Shown: in pieces, positions 1 through 14,301 of the stretch | Layout of the letters: each line of letters starts with the position of its first letter | Numbering within the stretch: position 1 is the stretch's first letter | Source of the DNA: Eledone cirrhosa | Lineage: Eukaryota | Length of the DNA stretch: 64,000 nucleotides | NCBI GenBank assembly: GCA_964016885.1 | Contig: OZ024761.1 | Coordinates: forward strand, 14,570,001-14,634,000 | Reading direction: 5' to 3' | The notes under the pieces: generated by a model | What the model saw: only the letters and a program-made list of their open reading frames with translations | Told to the model about the DNA's origin: nothing | The model's database searches: none | Program-made: the position numbers and the translations under genes

Positions 1-880
1 GTTCAGAGAGCTTATACCACTATTAGCTGCTAAAGGGTTCTCACTAAAAATGAAAGGCAGGTTGTACGATGCCTGCATACGAACAGCAATGCTGCATGGC
101 AGTGAGACCTGGGCATTGTGTGCAGAGGATATACGCAGACTAGAGAGGAACGAAGCTTGCATGCTCCGCTGGATGTGTAACAGTAATATACGTGAACGGC
201 AAAGCATAAACGAACTAAGGAATAAATTAGAGATAAGAGGGATCAGATGTCGTTTACTCGAGAGAAGACTACGTTGGTATGGACACGTGATGCGCATGAA
301 AGTCGATAGCTGTATAACAAAGTGCAGGGCAATAAAGATAGACGGTAGTCACGGAATAGGCAGACCTAGAAAAACCTGGGACGAGCTGATAAACTCCGAC
401 ATCACACACTTACACCTCTCCAAGACAATGTCACTGGACCGAGACCTTTGGCGGTACTCAGTAACAGAGAAGACCCGCCTTACCTAAATATATAGTAAAA
501 CCTACTCCAGCCAGTAGGCATCTCTAACAAAATACACCCCGTCCCACCACCCCCACCCGATCCACACCACCCCGTTCTATGTAAAGTTATGTTGGTGCCG
601 CGCCATCGAGGCCGAAACAAATGAGATCGTGTAGGTGTCACGACAAAAAAACACACAGTCCACGCTGTAATGTGGCCGTGTAGGCAACACGGTAAAAACC
701 TCCCAGACCCACACTGTAAATGTGGTTGGTGTTAGGAAGGGCATCCAACTGTAGAAAACCTGCCAGACAGTCCTATGCGAGCAAGACAATCACTCTTGCC
801 TCAAGTGGGACTACCCCCGTCCAAACCCATGCAAGCGTGGAACACGGACGTTAAACGTTGATGATGATGATGATGATGAT
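1..880 (+). mobile_element. RTE-clade LINE, 3' portion (ORF C-terminus, long 3'UTR, (GAT)n tail)
   Basis: ORF 50-487 has RTE C-terminal motifs (MLHGSETW, RRLRWYGHVMR, GRPRKTW, DRDLWR); ends ggacgttaaacgtt(gat)n at ~847-880; homologous copy on minus at 29700-30310. Confidence 0.9.
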
Positions 881-1118
881 GTAGACTCCATTACACACAC
901 TATATTTATTATACAGATATAACTTTATCTCTATAAGTGTGTGTGTGTATGTATAGCTAGCTGTGTATATATATATGTATACATAGCTGCGTGTATACAT
1001 CAATCTATATTCTATTGATCCACAGATGTAACTGTATATATAGCTTTAGAAATAATATGAATGAAGGCACACAGACAGACAGTGAGTGGTGGAGTCAAGA
1101 GCTTTCACCTTCATTCAG

Positions 1119-1178
<60 letters not shown>

Positions 1179-1503
1179 AGTATATATATATTATATAAAT
1201 AAATATATATATTTTATATATAAATATATGTATATATATATATATATTATATATATAAATATATATATATTATATTTTATGATATTTATATATATATATA
1301 TATATATATGTGTGTCGTGTGTGTATGTATTTATATATATGTATATAAATAAATATATATACACACACACACATGTATACATATATATGTGTGTGTGTGT
1401 GTGTGGAGATGTTAGTAGTTTAACCACTACTAAGTCCATTATTTAACTCGATACTGTAACTATAGTAGTGTTAATAGTATTTATTACATGTAAACCTGAT
1501 GGT

Positions 1504-1622
<119 letters not shown>

Positions 1623-1731
1623 TGTATGTATATATATATATATACACATATATATATGTATGTGTATGTATATATATATATATATATATATCTCGTTTCT
1701 GAATATGTTTAACAAGATTCTTTATCTGAAA

Positions 1732-2242
1732 ATATTGTTATGCTTTGGGAGGGTCATGTTGCCAATAAGAAACACACGCACCAGTTGCTTTCACTCCAAT
1801 TTTCACATAAATTTAAGAATTTATAAATTTCCGGTTGGTTGGTTGGTTCCATAACCGAACGGTTGTTCATATATTGTGAAAGTTCTTTCGTCACACATTC
1901 TGTGACCTCTTCAGTGACTGGGGATTCTTTTCTTTGTTTTTGTGCCTCTCCTTTGTTCTGTCCTACGTCATCTTGTTTTTGGTGTAGGACAGAACAAAGG
2001 AGAGGCACAAAAACAAAGAAAAGAATCCCCAGTCACTGAAGAGGTCACAGAATGTGTGACGAAAGAACTTACACAATATATGAACAACCGTCCGGTTATG
2101 GAACCAACCAACCAACCAACCAACCAACCGGAAATTTATAAATTCTTAAATTTATAAATTTAATTTATAATAAATTGGAGTGAAAGCAACTGGTGCGTGT
2201 GTTTCTTATTGGCAACATGACCCTCCCAAAGCATAACAATAT
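1732..2242. mobile_element. Foldback element, arms ~235-260 bp, Penelope-like pLTR candidate
   Basis: 1732-1966 is the reverse complement of 1984-2242 around a 17-nt spacer; each arm has CTGAAGA-hairpin-GAAA; right end runs into (TA)n. Confidence 0.75.
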
Positions 2243-2284
2243 ATATATATATATATACACACACATATATATATATATACATAC

Positions 2285-2327
<43 letters not shown>

Positions 2328-2935
2328 TATACATATATATATACATATATATATGTATGTATATATATATGTATATATATATATGTATGTATATATATAT
2401 ATACAAAATATATGTATATATACAAAATATATGTATATATACAAAATATATGTATATATACAAAATATATGTATATATACAAAATATATGTATATATACA
2501 ATATATATGTATATATACAAAATATATGTATATATACAATATATATGTATATATATATGTATATATATACATATATATATACATATATATATACATATAT
2601 ATGTATATATATATGTATATGTGAACATGCCAACACAAGAGCAAGAATGAAGTGTTCATTCTACTGACATGGCTATAAAATTGAGGTTTGTTTGCATAAT
2701 TGCAAATGAATCGAATGTTATTATTAATATTCAAAAAACTCAGATTACATTTATTGTATTCAGCCATGTAGAGCGAAAAAAGTTTTCTTTTTTATTATAT
2801 ATATACATATATATATATACATATGTATATATACATTTATATATATACATTTATGTATATATATACATATATATATATACCATTTATATACATCATCATC
2901 ATCGTTTAACGTCTATCTTCCATGCTAGCATGGGT

Positions 2936-2967
<32 letters not shown>

Positions 2968-3007
2968 CATATATATATACATTTATATATACATTTATAT
3001 ATACATA

Positions 3008-3057
<50 letters not shown>

Positions 3058-3420
3058 AACAGTGAGAAAGAGACGATTATTAGGAAGAAAAATATATTTT
3101 TTTCCTTTTTTGTCTCTCTCTCTCTTTTTTCTGGGTTAGTAAATGATTAAAACGAAATGTTTTACTTTGTGTGAAGTGTTAAGGTATTAGTTGATTTATT
3201 TATTATTTAACAATGGCATTTATTTATCTATTTATATATTTAATTATTGTCTATTACCGGTTTCAGCATTTATATGCATTATCAAATGATAGTGAAATGT
3301 ATTAGTGTGGTGTCACACATGTTCAACAGAAGGTGCAGAAAGAATAATGTTATTGACAAACAAGGTTTATGAAGCGAAAAGAAAAAAAAATATATATATA
3401 TATATATACATACCTATATA

Positions 3421-3456
<36 letters not shown>

Positions 3457-3458
<2 letters not shown>

Positions 3459-3611
3459 CAATATATTAACAAATGGAAACTATATTTATAAAACCATATT
3501 TATTTTATTATACATATTTCAAGGGCCACCAATGAAAATTATGGTGCGCTTTCATCAGATAAAATACAATACAGATTAGTTTTATAAATAAATATTGATA
3601 TTGACATACCC
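3457..3611 (-). mobile_element. Copy of hammerhead-motif repeat (same family as 4130-4865)
   Basis: Near identical to 4485-4631; CTGATGA on minus at 3558-3552; ends in (TA)n. Confidence 0.75.
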
Positions 3612-4129
3612 TGTTTTATGCTTTAAATATATTCTTATGAAAAATGTTTATGCTTTATGCTTTAAATTTTTGATTTACAAATTTTAATAATATATAATAT
3701 ATATTTTTCAACCTATTATTATAAATAGTATAATCAAAACATAACGAATCCTGCTTTATTATTCCTCCATGCTACCCTCATTTCTTCGTTTCTTCTTCTT
3801 TCCTCTCACGTAAACATACTTACGCTGTATCTGTCCTTTATAACTAATATTTTCTCTCACTTAAAAATATAATCACGCTCTCCTCTCTTCACATTATTTT
3901 CACTGTCAAAAATATATATAATCATTACTTCTTTTTTGCTTTCTTTCTTTTTTTTCTCTCTCCCTCACAATATCACCTTCTTCCAACAGTTTAATTTAAA
4001 TAAACCGTTATTTTTTCAACCTTTCGGACACTCATTTGCATACTCAATCATAACTTTCTATCACCCTCAATAAATGTAATATCTCCACTATCCAGGAAGC
4101 TCCAACCGTTAAGGTTGTCTTTTTTCCGG

Positions 4130-4865
4130 GTATGTCAATATTTATTTATAAAACTAATCTGTATTGTATTTTATCTGTTGAAAGTGCACCATAATTTGCC
4201 TTGGTGGCCCTTGAAATATGTATAATAAAATAAATATGGTTTTATAAATATAGTTTCCATTTGTTAATATATTGTATATTTACTCCACTAATCTGTTGAG
4301 TGCTTTATATCAGTTATAAAAAAAAAAAAAAATGTTTAAGCTTGTTGAATCCCAACAAATTAAATATAACCTCTGCATATATACATATATATATATGTAG
4401 AAGTTATATTTAATTTGTTGGGATACAACAAGCAAATATTTTTATAACTGATATAAAGCACTCAACAAAATTTTTGGAGTAAAAATACAATATATTAACA
4501 AATGGAAACTATATTTATAAAACCATATTTATTTCATTATACATATTTCAAGGACACCAAAGCAAATTATGGTGCGCTTTCATCAGATAAAATATAATAT
4601 AGATCAGTTTTATAAACAAATATTGACATACCCTTAAAAGAATGCGACCATGTCTGTTGGAAGCTCCCGGATAGACTATCCGGGAGCTTCCAACAGACAT
4701 GGTCGCATTCTTTTAAGAGTATGTCAATATTTGTTTATAAAACTGATCTATATTATATTTTATCTGATGAAAGCGCACCATAATTTGCTTTGGTGTCCTT
4801 GAAATATGTATAATGAAATAAATATGGTTTTATAAATATAGTTTCCATTTGTTAATATATTGTAT
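4130..4865. mobile_element. Three alternating-orientation copies of a hammerhead-motif repeat forming nested palindromes
   Basis: 4485-4674 / 4676-4865 palindrome centred on A4675 (one mismatch seen, 4632/4718); 4130-4378 is inverted against ~4395-4631 around a TA tract. Confidence 0.85.
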
Positions 4866-4890
4866 ATATATACATTTATATATACATACC

Positions 4891-4942
<52 letters not shown>

Positions 4943-5220
4943 CATATATATATCTTTTGTATGTATTTCGTCATCTATCTATCTATCAGTCCATCCATCT
5001 ACCTTCCTACCTACCTACTTACCCACGTATCTATTAGTTTGTCTACTTACATAACTAGCTATCTACCTATCCATTCATCTATTTGTCCATTAATCTGTCT
5101 GTCAATCTCTCCCATCGCCTGGCCATTCCTAGCCCCTCCTCCTGTCCATTATTCCATTGTCCATCCAATCCATCTTTTTATATCTCTATATCCATCCATC
5201 CATCTGTCTGTCTGTTTCGC

Positions 5221-5780
5221 TGAAAGGTGGGTGAATGTGGCGAAAGTAAGGATCAAACCGCCATCTTCATTTAAAATCGAAAGAGAGGCGGTTTTCCTCT
5301 GTGGCTATGGTAAAAGAGGTAATATGGTGGACAAGGTTAAGAGGACTTAGAACAGATGCCTTTCTCTCCGGACAACAACTCATTCCCTTCTTTAGGTGCC
5401 ACTTTAGAAGGAGAATCAGAGTGGAGAGAGAGGTACTGCACCACAGTAACTTTACTGAAAGGTGGGTGAACGTGGCAAAAATGGCCCGAGTGAATGGGCC
5501 TTCTCAGTATGTAAACCTGTAGGTTGAGGAAGACAAAAAGAGGGAAGACGGGAACACCTACAAAACATACTCCTGGTGTTGAGAGTTGTTCTATCTATGG
5601 GGTGTAAAACAAGCACGCAGTAACATTCCCTCCTATTGAAGACTTCATTTGTTATTTTATTTTATATATAGTTTATTGTTATTTATTAATGTTAAAGTTA
5701 TATGATCTTTATGTAAAACTTCTGCTGTCACGTCTTGTAATGTCCCATTTCTTCTACGCCCTTGTGGCAAATAAAGAAAG
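5221..5780 (+). mobile_element. Tx1/L1-like LINE 3' fragment in (TCTA)n
   Basis: Decayed ORF end (KEVIWWTRL...ERWVNVAKMARVNG), 3'UTR ending gtggcaaataaagaaa then TCTA-type repeats; related copies at 22085-22510 and 38505-38812; clade call from recalled motif similarity. Confidence 0.6.
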
Positions 5781-6190
5781 ATATCTATCCATCTTTCAAT
5801 CTATTTATCTATCTTTCTATCTGTAGCCCCTCCTACAATAAGATCCCTGAAGAAATGATTAAAAGAGTCCAAGTTATATTCAGCCAGCTGAATATAACTT
5901 TCAATAGAACTATTGAAATGGTTTAAGCTTCACCTTCAGGCTTACATGTAATTATACATATAGGGCTGGTGCTACCATTAAGTTCAACTAGGCAGCCATT
6001 AGGATGTGAACATCAAACAGATGCATTACTGAACCTTAAAGGTCATCTAGGTTACAAACATCAGAGAAGTGCATTACAGAACCTTAAAGGTCAATTAGGC
6101 AACCATCTAGGGCAGTGGTTGCCAATTGGTGGTCCGAGAGAAAATGTTGGTGATTTGCAGAAAAATTGGGACATTATTTACAATTTTTAA

Positions 6191-6375
6191 GGGCGGTGGA
6201 TTGGCAGTATCGGTAGAGGGTCGGACGCCATGCTTTCCAGCATAGTTACGTCCCTTTACGGTCTGAGTTCAAATCTCGCCGAGGTTTACTTTGCCTTTCA
6301 TCTTTACGGGGTCGATAAAATAAAGTAGCAGTAATGCACTGGGTAATTGCTGGCCTTGTGCCTAAAGTAGAAACA
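6191..6375 (+). mobile_element. tRNA-type SINE family A, full length with 17-bp TSD
   Basis: A box tggcagtatcgg, B box gagttcaaatc, core gcctttcatc..ggggtcgataaaataaagta (Nin/Deu-like); TSD attatttacaattttta at 6173-6189 and 6376-6392. Confidence 0.9.
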
Positions 6376-6399
6376 ATTATTTACAATTTTTATGTTTTA

Positions 6400-6572
6400 T
6401 TAATAATTGTTTCTACTTTTGGCACAAGGCCAACAATTACTCAGTAGATTACTGGTACTTTATTTTATCGACCCCGTAAGGATGAAAGGCAAAGTTAACC
6501 TCGACGGGATTTGAACTCAGACTGTCAAGGGACGTAACTATGCTGCAAAGTATGGTGTCCGGCCCTCTATGA
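6400..6572 (-). mobile_element. SINE family A, inverted relative to neighbour
   Basis: Reverse complement of 6191-6375, slightly 5' truncated. Confidence 0.88.
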
Positions 6573-6814
6573 CTAATAAAACAAAAATAATATTCAGTTA
6601 AAATATATTCTATAACACCCCTAAAAAATGTTTCTCCTCAATAAAGAACTAATATCCATGAAAGAATTTTACACATATGTAACATCTATCGACAATATGA
6701 CACACATATGCCTCAGTATTGTTTAATAAAATGGAAGTTCTCTAACACTCTGCCCCTCACATATGCCCATATACCCACCTTCCCAATCCCCACACAACTT
6801 TCCAACCAAGGTCC

Positions 6815-7085
6815 CCAGCCCACACTGTAAAGTGGTCGTGGGGGCAATATGACAAAAAGCATCCAGTCCACACTGTAGAGAGGTCATGTAGGTGTCACAA
6901 AAAGCCCCCAGTATTCACTGTAAATGTGATTGGCACTAGGAAGGGCATCCAGCTGTAGAAACCAAACTAAAATCAATTCAGTATGAACAAGACATGGTCA
7001 CCTGACCTGGCCACCTATCTCACAACAAGACAACTTATCTAACCCTTGTTAGCATGGAAAATTGGACGTTAAATGGTGATGATGA
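6815..7085 (+). mobile_element. 3' module shared by RTE 3'UTR and SINE family B
   Basis: cacactgtaaagtggt repeats, aggaagggcatccagctgtagaaa, ggacgttaaat..gatgat tail as at 640-880. Confidence 0.75.
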
Positions 7086-7089
7086 TATA

Positions 7090-7393
7090 TATATATAAGT
7101 ATGTATACGTACATACATATATGTATACAGACGTACAGTAGTATGTATATATATATATATACATACATGCATACATATATATATGTACGTATGGGTTTAC
7201 CGAACATTTATTATAATGCTCGGTTTGTTTGTAAACTTTGTACGGCTTAATTCAGGCTGTTTGTTTACAAACAAACCGAGCATTATAATAAATGTTCGGT
7301 AAACCCATACATACATATATATATGTATGCATGTATGTATATATATATACATACTATTGTATACATATATGTATGTACGTATACATACTTATA
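7090..7393. repeat. Long palindrome including degenerate microsatellite in its arms
   Basis: gtatgggtttaccgaacatttattataatgctcggtttgtttgtaaac and its reverse complement around a 26-nt spacer (7237-7262); symmetry continues into flanking TA/CA sequence. Confidence 0.85.
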
Positions 7394-7447
7394 TTTAAGT
7401 AACAGCTGTACTAAGAGTGAGAAATGAAATTTTGTTTCATTTTTTCC

Positions 7448-7506
<59 letters not shown>

Positions 7507-7509
7507 ATA

Positions 7510-7630
7510 TAAATTTAAGAGAAACAAGGTGCTGTGTGGTTACTAATAAAGTGTATTTATAAATGAATGGAAAGCACAAACAAGAGACAAGTCCTCTCTT
7601 CAGTTGTCTTGTGGGGGTCTCAGACGTTAT
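7510..7630 (-). repeat. Short interspersed repeat in (TA)n, second copy at 21838-21965
   Basis: Shared agaaacaagg..ctgt.tggtta...aaagtgtattt...cttcagttgtct. Confidence 0.6.
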
Positions 7631-7644
7631 ATATATATATGGAT

Positions 7645-7942
7645 GTATTGAGAGAGAAACTGTGTCTGAGAGGGGTAGAATGTAGTGTGCGAGAGAGAAG
7701 ACTGCGGTGGTATGGACATGTGATGTGCATGGAGGATGACCGAAGGGTGAAGAAGTGCCAGGAAATGCCAGTTAAAGGAAGACGTGGTAGAGGAAGACCC
7801 CGAAAAACATGGGCGGAGGTGGTGAGAACAGACCGCAGATTGCTGAAGCTCACGGTGGAGATGACGAAGGACCGTGACAAGTGGAGAGATGCTGTGCTGA
7901 ATAAGACCCATTCCACCCTTGCAAGCAGGGAAAAGCGGACGT

Positions 7943-7973
<31 letters not shown>
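7645..7973 (+). mobile_element. RTE LINE 3' fragment with (GAT)n tail
   Basis: RERRLRWYGHVM..RGRGRPRKTWAEVV..DRDKWR; tail ccacccttgcaagcagggaaaagcggacgtat(gat)n. Confidence 0.9.
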
Positions 7974-7974
<1 letters not shown>

Positions 7975-8092
7975 ATATATATATATTTTCTTCACCCACA
8001 TATTCCGGGAAGCGTTTTAAAGCATACCTTCCAGCATGTCATGTCAGAGGTATGTATGTATGTGTGTGTATATGTATGTATGAATGTGTCTG

Positions 8093-8146
<54 letters not shown>

Positions 8147-8147
<1 letters not shown>

Positions 8148-8455
8148 ATCTAAGGCGGGTAAAATTCCCGAGATCCATGGACGAGTTCTCTCCAGCGGTC
8201 TCTGTCCCTCATTATCGCCGCCATATCCTGCATTTCCAACAGACCAGTGTCTGTTCTTAGGGCATCAACATATGTTAACCTTGGTCTTCCTCTTCTAGTG
8301 TGTCCATGTAGGGGCTCCCAAAGGAGCACTGAGTGCAATGTCAACTCTGGATGTCGGTGAGCATGTCCAGCCAACCTCAGTCTCCTCTGTGTCACTTTTG
8401 AGCTGACTTTTGGGATGCTCCCATACAGCTCTGAGTTTTTCATCCTCAGTGTATA

Positions 8456-8457
<2 letters not shown>
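8147..8457 (-). mobile_element. RTE/RTEX-like LINE 3' fragment in (TA)n
   Basis: RRLRLAGHAHRHPE..LLWEPLHG..RGRPRLTYVD..DRDRWR, flanked both sides by (TA)n. Confidence 0.8.
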
Positions 8458-8494
<37 letters not shown>

Positions 8495-8624
8495 ACTGAG
8501 TAAAATTGAATTTTGAAATGAATCTGTCCAAATGCATTTTCTCATCTATTATTCAGCGATCAAATAATACCATTATGTTTATTTGTGTTGGGATGCACAC
8601 ATTACAAATTTCATATATATATGG

Positions 8625-8655
<31 letters not shown>

Positions 8656-9139
8656 TGTAGAGATGTAGAGAGAAAGAGAGATGAAGCAAGAGAGGGAGAG
8701 CAAAAGCCATAGACAGATAGATATACATATTTTAACAACACACAAATACACACACACACACACAAACGCATATACACATTTACAATACATACACACACAT
8801 GCAGAGCACTCCCTCCTCCATCCTTCAAACACACACACACACACGCACACACACACATCTCGATTTATATGGCAAATCATAAAAAGTGTTTGAATATCTT
8901 TGCAGTATTTTAAAAGGTTTTATATGAAATACAAGGTGAAGAGAGGTGGTGGGGGGAGAGGAGAGGAGGAAAGAGAAAAAGTTATAAGAGGTTATGTGCT
9001 CAATATAGGGAGAACAGGTAGTGAGGGAGGGAGGGAGAGAGAGAGAGAGAGGGGGGGGGTGAGTTAATGAGAGAGGGCAGGATTGATAGAGAGAGAGTAT
9101 GGGATGCATGTTTGGATGGATAGATAGATATAAAAAGAC

Positions 9140-9178
<39 letters not shown>

Positions 9179-9670
9179 TAAAAAGACATATATATATATA
9201 TAGAGAGAGAGAGAGATAAAAAGACATATATATATATAGAGAGAGAGAGATAAAAAGACATATATATAGATATATATATATATAAGTAGAAGTGGTATTT
9301 AATTTGTTGGAAGTCCGACAACCATAAATGTTTATAACTGATTTAGAGCACTCAACAGTTTACTGGAGTAATATATAGATAGATGGATAGGTGTCCCACC
9401 CTTGCGTAAAGTGATGATGATGAGATAGATAGATATAAAAATACACACACACATATATATATATATATATATGTATACATATATATATATATACATATAC
9501 ATACATATATATATATATATACATATACATACATATATATATATATATACATACATATATATATATACATATACATACATATATATATATATATACATAT
9601 ATATATACATACATATATATATATATATACATATATATATACATACATATATATACACACATATATATAT

Positions 9671-9705
<35 letters not shown>

Positions 9706-10097
9706 CCTATATATATAGATACATATATATATACACATATATATATACATATATATATACATACATATATATATACACATATATATATACATATGTATAT
9801 ACACATATATATATATACATATATATATACATACATATATATATACACATATATATATACATATATATATACATACATATATATATACACATATATATAT
9901 ACATATATATATACACATATATATATACATATATATATACATATATATACATATATATATATACATATATATATATACATACATATATATATATATACAT
10001 ATATATATATACATATATATATATACATACATATATATACATATATATAAACATATATATAAACATAGATATATATATACATACATATATATATATA

Positions 10098-10178
<81 letters not shown>

Positions 10179-10284
10179 ATATACATATAAATATACATAC
10201 ATATATATGTATATACATACATATATATATATACATATATATACATTCATACATGTATATATATATATATACATACATATATAT

Positions 10285-10850
10285 ATGGTGGCTGCCAACT
10301 CGTTTTCGAGTACGGCCACTACTTTATATCCATGTAGGAGAGCCCCTACCGATGCGCTGAACGAGTGTGACTTTTTAGTCCAGCCAGCGACTTGAAAACT
10401 CTGGTACAAACACTACACTTGTGACAATTATTGACATTGTGCTGGGGCCATGGTACCATGTGACGACAAGTGCAGAGAGATCTCCAGATATAAAGCAATG
10501 CCTGTGCCGTGAAGCTTTTATAGTGAGCAAAGGCACTGCACAAAGCCAGTCCCACTCTCTTAACCAAGATGATATTTACCAAAAAGAAGAACAAGTCAAC
10601 ATCATTGGATACCATCAGGGTTGCAGGTGTTATATCAGAGTTTTCCTTCTCCCAGAATTCTGCCTTGACAAAGGCTAAGGGGTCATCTCTGCCGGAGATT
10701 TTGGATGGCCATTAACCCTTAAGAGCTCCTTTGCCCTTTGACAGGTTTTGTTTTTAGTCCTGCAGGATGTCCAAAGTCACCCTCCTCACCGAGAAACCTT
10801 GGTGGGGTTGCCAGTTTAGTCGCCAATGACCCGACCATGAGACAGGTTGT
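10285..10850 (-). mobile_element. Non-autonomous RTE-derived element, copy 1
   Basis: ~565 bp, near identical to 12004-12564 and 25199-25761; 3' part encodes C2H2 relic [22 protein letters not shown] typical of RTE C-termini. Confidence 0.75.
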
Positions 10851-12003
10851 ACATATATCTACATACATACATACACACACACACATATACATACATACAT
10901 ATACATACATACATATACATACATATACACATATATACATACTATACACATATATATATACATACACATACATACATACTATACATATATATATATATAC
11001 ATACCATACATACATATATACATACATACTATACATATACATATATATACATACTATACATACATATATATACATACTATACATATACATACATATACAT
11101 ACTATACATATATATATATATACATACTATACACATATACACATATACATACCATACACATACATATATATACATACTATACACACATATATACATACAT
11201 ACTATACATATATATACATGTACATACTATACATATATATATATATACATACTATACATACACATACATATACATACTATACATATATATATATACATAC
11301 ATACTATACATACACATATATACACATACTATACATATATATATATATATACATACCATACATATACATATACATATACATACCATACATACACATACAC
11401 ATACACATACCATACATACACATATATACACATACCATACATACATATATATATATATACATACTATACATATATATATACATACATACCATGCATACAC
11501 ACATATATATACACACTATGCATACATATATATATATACATACTATACATATGTATACATACTATACATATATATACATACTATACATACATATACATAC
11601 TATACATATATATATATACATACATATATATACATACCATACATATATATACATACTATACATATATATATATATATACATACACATACATACCATACAT
11701 ATACATACACATATACATACTATACATATATATACATACTATACATATACATATATATATACATACATATACATACTATACATATATATATATATATACA
11801 TACTATACATACATACACATATATACATACTATACATATATATACACACATACATACCATACATACACACATACACATACATACTATACATATATACATA
11901 TATATACATACTATACATATATATATATATATACATACTATACATATATATATATACACACATACCATACATATACACACACACATACATACTATACATA
12001 TAT

Positions 12004-12564
12004 ATGGTGGCTGCCAACTCGTTTTCGAGTACGGCCACTACTTTATAGCCATGTAGGAGAACCCCTACCGATGCGCTGAACGAGTGTGACTTTTTAGTCC
12101 AGCCAGCGACTTGAAAACTCTGGTACAAACACTACACTTGTGACAATTATTGACACATAGTGCTGGGCCCATGGTACCATGTGACGACAAGTGCAGAGAG
12201 ATCTCCAGATATAAAGCAATGCCTGTGCCGTGAAGCTTTTATAGTGAGCAAAGGCACTGCACAAAGCCAGTCCCACTCTCTTAACCAAGAAGATATTTAC
12301 CAAAAAGAAGAACAAGTCAACATCATTGGATACCATCAGGGCTGCAGGTGTTATATCAGAGTTTTCCTTCTCCTAGAATTCTGCCCTGACAAAGGCTAAG
12401 GGGTCATCTCTCCCGGTGATTTTGGATGGCCATTGGCTCTTAAGAGCTCCTTTGACAGGTTTTGTTTTTAGTCCTGCAGGATGTCCAAAGTCACCCTCCT
12501 CACCAAGAAACCTTGGTGGGGTTGCCAGTTTAGTCGCCAACGACCCGACCATGAGACAGGTTGT
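12004..12564 (-). mobile_element. Non-autonomous RTE-derived element, copy 2
   Basis: Same boundaries as copy 1; 3' end gagttggcagccacc(at)n. Confidence 0.75.
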
Positions 12565-13535
12565 ACTGGGAATACATATATATACACATATACATACTAT
12601 ACATATACATATATATACATACCATACATATACATATATATACATACTATACATATATATATATATATATACATACCATACACATATACATATATACGTA
12701 CTATACATATATATATACATACATACTATACATATATACATACATACATACCATACATATACATACATATACATACTATACATATACACATATATATACA
12801 TACTATACATATATATACATATATACATACTATACATATATACACATATATACATACCATACATATATACATATATATACATACTATACATACATACATA
12901 CATATACATACCATACATATACATATATATACATACCATACATATATATATATATACATACTATACATACATATACATACTATACATACACATACATACT
13001 ATACATATACATACATACTATACATATATATATATATACATACCATACATATACATATATATACATACTATACATATATATATATATACATACCATACAT
13101 ACACATACACATACATACTATACATATATATATACATACATATATACATATATACATACTATACATATATATATATATACATACTATACACATATATACA
13201 TATATATATACATACTATACATATATATATACATACCATACATACTATACATACATATATACATACTATACATACACATATACATACTATACATACTATA
13301 CATATATATATACATACCATACATACTATACATATACATATACATACCATACATATATATACATATATACATACTATACACACACATATATATACATACA
13401 TATACATATACATACATACACACATATATACATATACATACTACACATATATATATACATACTACACATACACATATACATACTACACACACACATATAC
13501 ATACATACTACACACACACATATATATACATACCA

Positions 13536-13687
13536 CATTCAGAGTATGGTAGGTGTCTGATGGAGGGTATGCGCTTGGTTGCACGTCTCTGAACAGTTTC
13601 CAGGAGGTCAATGTTCTGAGCAAGATAGGGGTTCCAGACTGATGCAGCGAATTCCAAGCGTGGTTGTGCCATAGCTGTATACAGCTT

Positions 13688-13690
<3 letters not shown>
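13536..13690 (-). mobile_element. CR1-clade LINE fragment
   Basis: [37 protein letters not shown]; same family as 45732-46300. Confidence 0.9.
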
Positions 13691-13739
<49 letters not shown>

Positions 13740-13744
13740 TATAT

Positions 13745-13775
<31 letters not shown>

Positions 13776-13794
13776 CATACATATATATACATAT

Positions 13795-13833
<39 letters not shown>

Positions 13834-13996
13834 TACATACATATATATATATATATATAAATACATATATACATACATATATATATATATATACATACAT
13901 ATATACATACATATATATATATATATATATACATACATATATATATACATATATATATATATATACATACATATATATATACATATATATATATAT

Positions 13997-14037
<41 letters not shown>

Positions 14038-14110
14038 CATACATATATATATACATACATACATATATATATACATATATATACATATATAAACATATAT
14101 ATATATACAC

Positions 14111-14145
<35 letters not shown>

Positions 14146-14244
14146 CATACATATATATATATACATATATATATACATACATATATATATATACATATAT
14201 ATATACATATATATACATACACATATATATACATATATATACAT

Positions 14245-14301
<57 letters not shown>

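Noticed and set aside
10346-10420. Host C2H2 zinc-finger gene
   Set aside because: Single finger within a three-copy repeat, frameshifted upstream in copies 2 and 3
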